Positions 58,388 through 64,000 of a DNA stretch of 64,000 nt are shown one piece after another. The notes below the pieces were generated by a model that saw nothing but the letters and a program-made list of their open reading frames with translations, did no database searches and had not been told where the DNA came from. The stretch lies in the NCBI GenBank assembly GCA_963695225.1, contig OY968762.1, forward strand, positions 1,504,001-1,568,000, written 5' to 3'. How positions within the stretch are numbered: position 1 is the stretch's first letter; every line of letters begins with the position of its first letter. The stretch comes from Vulcanimicrobiota bacterium (lineage in GTDB: Bacteria > Vulcanimicrobiota > Vulcanimicrobiia > Vulcanimicrobiales > Vulcanimicrobiaceae). The translations under genes and the position numbers were made by a program.

Positions 58388-59842
58388 GTGAGCTCCCCCG
58401 CGCAAACCCTCGGCCCGACGGCATCGCTAGGGTCGGCGAATCGGTCTCTGCTCCTCGCGGGGCTAGCGCTCTATGCGCTGTTCACGGCAGCCGAACTGAC
58501 CGGTTTCGGGCCGATCCCGCTCGGCGAGTTCCGCGTGGCGGGGAGCTTGGCCCTAAGCTTTGGGCCGGTCGCGCTCTATCTCTTGCTCAAGCATCCGCTG
58601 CTCTTCCCGTTCGGGCTCTACCTGTTCGCGATCCCGATCGACGCGATCCTATTGAACTCGAGCGGCGCCACGGGCGCCCGCGTCGTCGCGATCGCTGCGG
58701 CCGGGGTTCTCGCGCTGCACATCCTCGCTCGCCGGGAGCTCCGCCGCCCGGGCGTGGCCTGGTTCGCCTGGCTGGCGCTCGTGACGTGGGCCGGCCTCAG
58801 CATGGTTTGGACGATCAACGGCGCCGGGACCGCGCTCCTGTTCGGGACGGTCCTGCAGCTCTTCTTGCTGACGACGATCCTGGCCGTCTACCCGGCGTCT
58901 CGGACCGAGCTCACGAGCATGTTGGCCGTCGTCGTCGCCTCCGGGATATTCGCCGGGTGTTACGGACTCTTCGGCTACTTCACCGGCCGCGTGACGGAAG
59001 GCGGCGAAGTGAGCAGGCTCTCGCTCAAGACCGATAGCGGCCTCTTCGTCGACCCGAACGCCTTCGCGACGAGCTTCGTCCTGCCGATCGCGCTCGCGCT
59101 CGCGGCCCTCTCCTCTTCGAAGAATCTCGCCGTCCGGGTCCTCGCGGGACTGTCCATCGTCTTGATGATGTCCGGCGTCCTGCTCTCCGGTTCGCGCGGC
59201 GGGTTGATCTCGACGCTGCTCGTGTTCGCCTACTACATGATTCGCGGCCGGCAACGCATCATCACGGTCGTACTCGCCGCCGTCGGGCTAGGCTTGAGCC
59301 TCGTGTTCCCGGCCGTATGGACGCGCTTCGCCACGGACGACGGCGCGGGCGGGAGCGGCACCGGGCGGACGTTCATCTGGGCCACCGGCTTGCGCACGTT
59401 CAAGGAGCACTTCCTGGCGGGCTCGGGCTTCGGCACCTATGGCGACGTGTACGACCGGAACTTCTTTGGAGTCTACCAGCAGGTGTTCCAGGGTTGGGAT
59501 CGCCCGGGGCACAGTCTCATCGTCAGCTCGCTCGTCGAGATCGGCGTCATCGGCCTCTTGATCGTCCTCGGCGCCTGGTTCCTCACGTTCCGCGAGCTGC
59601 GCACCGTGAAGCGGCAGAGCTTCTTCTATCCCATTCGCGTTGCGCTCGAGGCGTCGCTCATCGCGCTCTTCTACGAGGCGCTGACGATCGACACGCTCTA
59701 CATCAAGTTCTACTGGCTCGCGTTCGGGCTCGTCTTGATGGTCTCGGCGGCCGCCCGCAAAGAAGCCTTGGAACAAGCCGAGCCGGAGCACGACGCGCCG
59801 GCCGGCCGGACCCTCGGCGCCCGCATCCCCGGCTACCTCTGA
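58388..59842 (+). CDS. O-antigen ligase / Wzy-like polysaccharide polymerase
   Basis: Multi-TM; DPNAFA, LSGSRGG, GRTFIW, GSGFG, HSL...LVEIGVIG. Confidence 0.85.
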   Translation: MSSPAQTLGPTASLGSANRSLLLAGLALYALFTAAELTGFGPIPLGEFRVAGSLALSFGPVALYLLLKHPLLFPFGLYLFAIPIDAILLNSSGATGARVVAIAAAGVLALHILARRELRRPGVAWFAWLALVTWAGLSMVWTINGAGTALLFGTVLQLFLLTTILAVYPASRTELTSMLAVVVASGIFAGCYGLFGYFTGRVTEGGEVSRLSLKTDSGLFVDPNAFATSFVLPIALALAALSSSKNLAVRVLAGLSIVLMMSGVLLSGSRGGLISTLLVFAYYMIRGRQRIITVVLAAVGLGLSLVFPAVWTRFATDDGAGGSGTGRTFIWATGLRTFKEHFLAGSGFGTYGDVYDRNFFGVYQQVFQGWDRPGHSLIVSSLVEIGVIGLLIVLGAWFLTFRELRTVKRQSFFYPIRVALEASLIALFYEALTIDTLYIKFYWLAFGLVLMVSAAARKEALEQAEPEHDAPAGRTLGARIPGYL

Positions 59843-59941
59843 ACCGGGGCCCGAGCCGGATTCGCCATCGCAGGCCTTGCGCGCGTTTGGAAGCAGCCGT
59901 GCGCCCGACGCGGCCGGTGGTTCCCAGGCGCGCGGCGGCGA

Positions 59942-60316
59942 TCAGGCGGCTTGCGAAACCAACCGGATCAGCGAGGAATCGTCATCCGCCTTCGAGAGCA
60001 CGGCGCTCGCTCCGGCGATGAAGCACGAAGCGGAAAACAGCTCGTCGGTGTTCGCGGAATAGACGATGATGCGCGCAGCCGGCACGCTTTCGCGGATCGC
60101 GCGAATCGAGCACAGCTCGTGCTCCGAGAAGTCGACGTCGAAGAACACGAGACCGGGATCGTGCCCTTGCAGATCCCGCTCGTCGATCGTCGGGCGCATC
60201 GCCACGACCGTGCATCCCGCCTTGGTCAACAGCGATTCAAGGTACGGCAGAAAGAACCGCTGTGGTTCGATGACGTACGCGCGCTTGGACCCCTCGGCGC
60301 CGGATGAGAGCTGCAT
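59942..60316 (-). CDS. Stand-alone receiver domain protein (atypical acidic pocket)
   Basis: YVIEPQ, LVFFDVD, IIVYS, AGASAVLSK. Confidence 0.75.
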   Translation of the reverse strand: MQLSSGAEGSKRAYVIEPQRFFLPYLESLLTKAGCTVVAMRPTIDERDLQGHDPGLVFFDVDFSEHELCSIRAIRESVPAARIIVYSANTDELFSASCFIAGASAVLSKADDDSSLIRLVSQAA

Positions 60317-60374
60317 GCCGTCATTTTGACAGCAACAATGATTTCTTAACAGTCCGGGTTGGGGAGCGGGCGAT

Positions 60375-60388
60375 GGGACCTAGGTCCC
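60375..60388. promoter_or_regulatory. Palindrome GGGACCTAGGTCCC (DosR/NarL-type operator-like, or hairpin)
   Basis: Perfect 14-bp palindrome, extendable with one mismatch to 60370-60393, between the two regulator genes. Confidence 0.4.
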
Positions 60389-60400
60389 GTCGCCTCTCCG

Positions 60401-61048
60401 CTAAACGAGCCCGTTCCGAATCGCGTAGACTGCGGCGCGCGAACGCGCGTTGATGTTCAGCTTCGCGAAGATGTGGCTGATGTGGTTCTTGACCGTCTTT
60501 TCGGAGAGGGAGAGGCGGACGCCGATCTCCTTGTTCGAGAGCCCCTCGGCAATCAAGCGAATGATCTCGCTCTCGCGACGGGAGAGCTCGTTGAGATCGC
60601 GACTGACGCCGGCGCGGCGGCGAAGCATCGTTCCCGCTATGCGCGAATCCGCGTAGAACTCGCCGCCCGCGACGGAGCGGACGATCTGGACGAGCGCCTC
60701 CGGCGTGATGTCTTTGACGATGTAAGCATCGGCATTGGCCGCCAGCGCGCGCTGCATGACTTCGGCGCGAAGGTGCATCGAGAGGACGCAGACTCTCGCC
60801 CGCGGCGCGGCTTTGGCGCAAGCGGCGATCGCTTCTTCCATCTCGACCGCATGCCCGTCGATGTCGAGGACGATCAAATCGGGCTGGAGTTTCACGAGCT
60901 GCGAGTTCGCGGTGCTGTCGGCGTGGCCGATCACGTTGATGGACGGATCTTGACCAAGGACTTGGCAGAGCGCCTTGGCGACCAAGAGCTGGCTCTCCAC
61001 CAAAAAGACGCGGACTGGATTAAATGCAACTGCCATGTTCTTAACCAT
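60401..61048 (-). CDS. NarL/FixJ-family response regulator (REC + LuxR HTH)
   Basis: PDLIVLDID, YIVKD, LSRRESEIIRLIAEGLSNKEIG..LSLSEKTVKNHISHIFAKL; GGAGG RBS. Confidence 0.92.
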   Translation of the reverse strand: MVKNMAVAFNPVRVFLVESQLLVAKALCQVLGQDPSINVIGHADSTANSQLVKLQPDLIVLDIDGHAVEMEEAIAACAKAAPRARVCVLSMHLRAEVMQRALAANADAYIVKDITPEALVQIVRSVAGGEFYADSRIAGTMLRRRAGVSRDLNELSRRESEIIRLIAEGLSNKEIGVRLSLSEKTVKNHISHIFAKLNINARSRAAVYAIRNGLV

Positions 61049-61311
61049 TGCCTCCAAGCGCGAGAGAATGACGATACCGACCAACGTCCATAATGAAATC
61101 GGATCGGAGCCGAGGGCGCGCCATGTAGACGACACCCACAACCCTATTAGACCAGGACGTTTGTCGTAGGACAATCCGGGTTTTCGGGGATATATCCCAA
61201 ACCGCCCGGGTCAGTCGTCCCACCGACACGCCCATGGTACAGGTACGGCGTCCAAAAATCGTCCACGGCGCTTCGCGCGGCACATGCGATCCCGGCGATA
61301 TGGCCAAACGG

Positions 61312-61338
61312 CGACGCCCGCGGTATCCGCGGGCGTCG
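61312..61338 (-). terminator. Hairpin downstream of wzc, possible terminator
   Basis: CGACGCCCGCGG-TAT-CCGCGGGCGTCG; only a weak U-tract. Confidence 0.5.
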
Positions 61339-61368
61339 TTGCACTTGCCTGGGCTCGGGGGAGGGGTC

Positions 61369-63645
61369 TCAGCCCGCCGTCGCCTCGCGTGGGACCTCGC
61401 TCGCGGGCGCCCCATTCGTCGAAGGCGCGGGCGGGCTCTCCGGTGAGGGGCCGGCAGGCTTGGGCGCGCCGGAAGCCAGCGCGACGGCCTTACCGCTGCC
61501 CAGGTAGTAGTCGGAGTACTGGCTCTCTTCGGCGCGCGCTTGGTTCAGAACGACGCCGAGAAGATTGATCGAGGAGACGCTCCGGAGCTTCTCGATCGCA
61601 ACCTTCGTGCTGCGGCTGTCGGTCCCGGTTGCGGAGACGACCAGGACTGCTCCGTCGGCTTTCATCGCGAGGACGACGCCGTCGATGATCGATTCGAGCG
61701 CCGGCGAATCGAGGATGACGAAGTCGAACCGTTCGCGGGCGAGCGCCAGGACGCGATCGAAACTCTCGCCCTGGAGGAGGGCGACCGGGTTCGGCGGGCG
61801 GACGCCGCTCGTGATCGTCCAGACACCGGCGTGGCCGCTCGGCCGAAGCGCTTCGGCGAACGGGACCATGCCGACCAGGACGTCGGAGAGGCCGACGTCG
61901 TTCTTGAGGCCGAGCTTCTGGTGGATCGTCGGCCGCCGCAAGTCCGCGTCGATGACGAGAACGCGCGCGTTCAACGACGCCATGCTGATCGCCGTGTTGA
62001 TCGCGACCGTCGATTTCCCGTCGCCTTGCTTGGGGCTCGTGACCGCGATGACGTGCGGCGGATTATCCGAGGAATAACGCAGGGACGTGACGAGCTGGAA
62101 GAAGGCTTCGACCGTCATCGATTCGACGAGGTCACGATCCTTCTCCGCGCCGAGCGCGAGCTTCGGGACCGTCGCCAGCACCGGCAATCCGATACGGTCC
62201 TTGATGTCTTCTTCGTCGCGGAAGCGATCGTCGAAGAACTCGAGCCCGAACACTGTCGTCAGCGCGAGGATCAGCCCGATCAAGAGGCCGATCGACAAAT
62301 TGAGCGGGATGTTCGGAGTCTTGACCGCGTTGCGCGGATCGGCGGCCTGCGTGATCGTGATGTCGCTCGGCGCGGTCGTCTGCGCGACCATCGCCTCCTG
62401 GTATTTCTTCTGGAGCGACATGAAGACGGATTCGGCGGCCTGCGCGTCCCGGCGAAGATCCGCGATGCGGCTCGTTTGCGCCGGGAGGCTCGCAAGCAGA
62501 GGCTGCTGCGCCTTGCGCTGTTGCGCGATCGTATCGAGCTGCGAAGCGGCGGCGGAGATGCGTGCCCGTGCCATCGAGGCTTGCTGCGTCAATTGCTGGT
62601 AGAGCGGGTTCGGAATAGTCCCGGTCTGGGCCACGACGGTGCGCGGCTGCTTGGCGAGCTCTGCCTGCTGCGAGGCGAGCTGTTCCTGAAGCGCGCGGAC
62701 GACCGGGTGGGCATCGGTGTACGTCGCCCGGGCGTTGGCCAACTGCACGCGCGTCGCGGCGATCTCCGCGTTGAGCTGGGAGACGACCGGGTTCTGACTA
62801 TCCGTCTGCGGGCCGGCGACGAACTCGGGCGTGCGCGCCAATTGCGCGGTGTAATTCTCGAGCTCGGCCTGGGCTTGCTTGCGCTCGAGGTCGGCGCCCG
62901 ACGCCTTCGCATCGAGCGTCGCGGCGGCCGTGACGACGGCGGTCGTTTGCGTCGTGAGATCGGCGATCCCGTTCTTACGCTCGTACTCGGCGAGCGCGTT
63001 CTGGGCGGCGCGCAGGCGCTCTTGCGCGATCGGCATCTGCTCGCGCAGGAACCCGATCGCGGACGTCGCCTGCCCGGCGATCAGCGTGCGCTCGCGTTCG
63101 ACGGCGACAGAGGCGAACTCGTTCGCGATTCGCGCCGACATGTCGCGATCCGGCCAAGAGACGGAAACGCCGATGATCGACGTATTCGTGACCGGCTTGA
63201 TCGTCACGTGCGAAAGCAGCCGTTCGGTCGACATGTCGAGCTTGAGATTGTCGACGACGGCTTGCGAGACCGGGGTCTCGTGCAAGAGTTCGGCGAGCGT
63301 CTCCGGCGTCTGGATGCCGCCGTTCATGAGCACGTTCAGCAGCGGCAGGCTCGAATCGCGGCCCTCCTGGACGTTCGGGCTATTCGCGCTGCCCGCGATC
63401 ACCTTGACTTGCGTCGTGTAACTCTTGGGTTGCAGTAACGTGCCCAGGATGACGAGCGCGAGAAAACCGCCGAGCACGGCGAAGAACGTCGCGCGCCGCC
63501 GAACGAGGACGCGCCAGAAGCGCAGCAGATCGACCTCTCGCTCGGGCCGCATACCGCCGTAGGCCGGGCCGGAAATCGCCGGGGCCATGAAGGCTGCGTT
63601 CTGAACCGGTAGATGGGAAACGGTGCCGGGAAGTCTCTGCATCAC
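61369..63645 (-). CDS. wzc: Polysaccharide co-polymerase / BY-kinase (Wzc/GumC family)
   Basis: Two TM helices flanking a coiled-coil domain; Walker A GDGKST, IDADLRRP, ILDSP, Tyr cluster QYSDYY. Confidence 0.9.
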   Translation of the reverse strand: MMQRLPGTVSHLPVQNAAFMAPAISGPAYGGMRPEREVDLLRFWRVLVRRRATFFAVLGGFLALVILGTLLQPKSYTTQVKVIAGSANSPNVQEGRDSSLPLLNVLMNGGIQTPETLAELLHETPVSQAVVDNLKLDMSTERLLSHVTIKPVTNTSIIGVSVSWPDRDMSARIANEFASVAVERERTLIAGQATSAIGFLREQMPIAQERLRAAQNALAEYERKNGIADLTTQTTAVVTAAATLDAKASGADLERKQAQAELENYTAQLARTPEFVAGPQTDSQNPVVSQLNAEIAATRVQLANARATYTDAHPVVRALQEQLASQQAELAKQPRTVVAQTGTIPNPLYQQLTQQASMARARISAAASQLDTIAQQRKAQQPLLASLPAQTSRIADLRRDAQAAESVFMSLQKKYQEAMVAQTTAPSDITITQAADPRNAVKTPNIPLNLSIGLLIGLILALTTVFGLEFFDDRFRDEEDIKDRIGLPVLATVPKLALGAEKDRDLVESMTVEAFFQLVTSLRYSSDNPPHVIAVTSPKQGDGKSTVAINTAISMASLNARVLVIDADLRRPTIHQKLGLKNDVGLSDVLVGMVPFAEALRPSGHAGVWTITSGVRPPNPVALLQGESFDRVLALARERFDFVILDSPALESIIDGVVLAMKADGAVLVVSATGTDSRSTKVAIEKLRSVSSINLLGVVLNQARAEESQYSDYYLGSGKAVALASGAPKPAGPSPESPPAPSTNGAPASEVPREATAG

Positions 63646-63680
63646 TAACCCTTAAAGAGCGTTCGCTAGTACGTTGAGCA

Positions 63681-64000
63681 TCAGAACGGCAGGCCGAAAA
63701 GGTGACCGATACTATAGATCAGCGAAGCCGGCCCTGAGACGGTGTCGTGGTGTCCGCTCGATATCGGAACCGCGATAAAGTCGCCCTTTTGCATGACGAC
63801 GTCTTTATCGAACTCGCCCTTGTTCAGGATCTGGTAAAGGTCGATCGTTTGCACGGTCTTGTTGCCGGCGGCGTCGACGCGCGCAAGCGTGATGCGATTG
63901 AGATCGGCCGTCTGCGTCGGGCCCGCGCGAGCGATCGCGACGGAGAGGTGGTCGCCCTCATGCACCTGCACGTCACCCGCGCGCTGCACGTCGCCGACCA
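63681..64000 (-). CDS. Polysaccharide export protein (Wza/SLBB domain), C-terminal part
   Basis: GDVQRAG...LSVAIARAG...ADLNRITLAR...IDLYQIL..G...DVVMQKGDFIAVP; directly upstream of wzc. Confidence 0.8.
   Translation of the reverse strand, partial: VGDVQRAGDVQVHEGDHLSVAIARAGPTQTADLNRITLARVDAAGNKTVQTIDLYQILNKGEFDKDVVMQKGDFIAVPISSGHHDTVSGPASLIYSIGHLFGLPF

Overview
A very GC-rich bacterial chromosomal segment, almost entirely protein-coding. The gene style (Gly/Pro/Thr-rich lipoproteins, S53 protease, DUF4331 pair, certain small proteins) suggests Candidatus Eremiobacterota/Vulcanimicrobiota; this is an inference I cannot verify here. Housekeeping content: hisC, pyrK-pyrD-pyrF-pyrE, purE-purK, TPP riboswitch-thiC, tRNA-Ala(CGC), pyruvate kinase and a split leucine-catabolism (liu) set. 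Other modules: an ECF sigma/anti-sigma/two-component cluster, a Bacillus-like phaJ-phaQ-phasin PHA cassette, a DUF1800-DUF1501 pair, peptide, Zn/Mn and YbhGFSR-type ABC systems, a molybdopterin oxidoreductase/cytochrome b pair, an orphan narI, an orphan PII-like gene, and part of a Wzy-dependent exopolysaccharide locus. I see no transposase, integrase, phage gene or CRISPR array. The most notable unexplained signals are: (i) an AT-rich spacer with four co-oriented DnaA-box-like 9-mers between two paralogous secreted lipoproteins in the EPS locus; (ii) a 152-nt nested-hairpin element with perfect 33-bp arms inside an 8-bp GCTAGCTT direct repeat; (iii) back-to-back SigW-type promoters, one driving a 36-codon leader ORF coupled to a DUF6249-like gene; (iv) a PhaQ-phasin unit in an apparently non-Bacillota genome; (v) several small proteins below the ORF-track cutoff or of unknown function, including a WGVDSRD peptide divergent from a LysR gene. 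Family assignments come from motif recognition by eye, not database searches.
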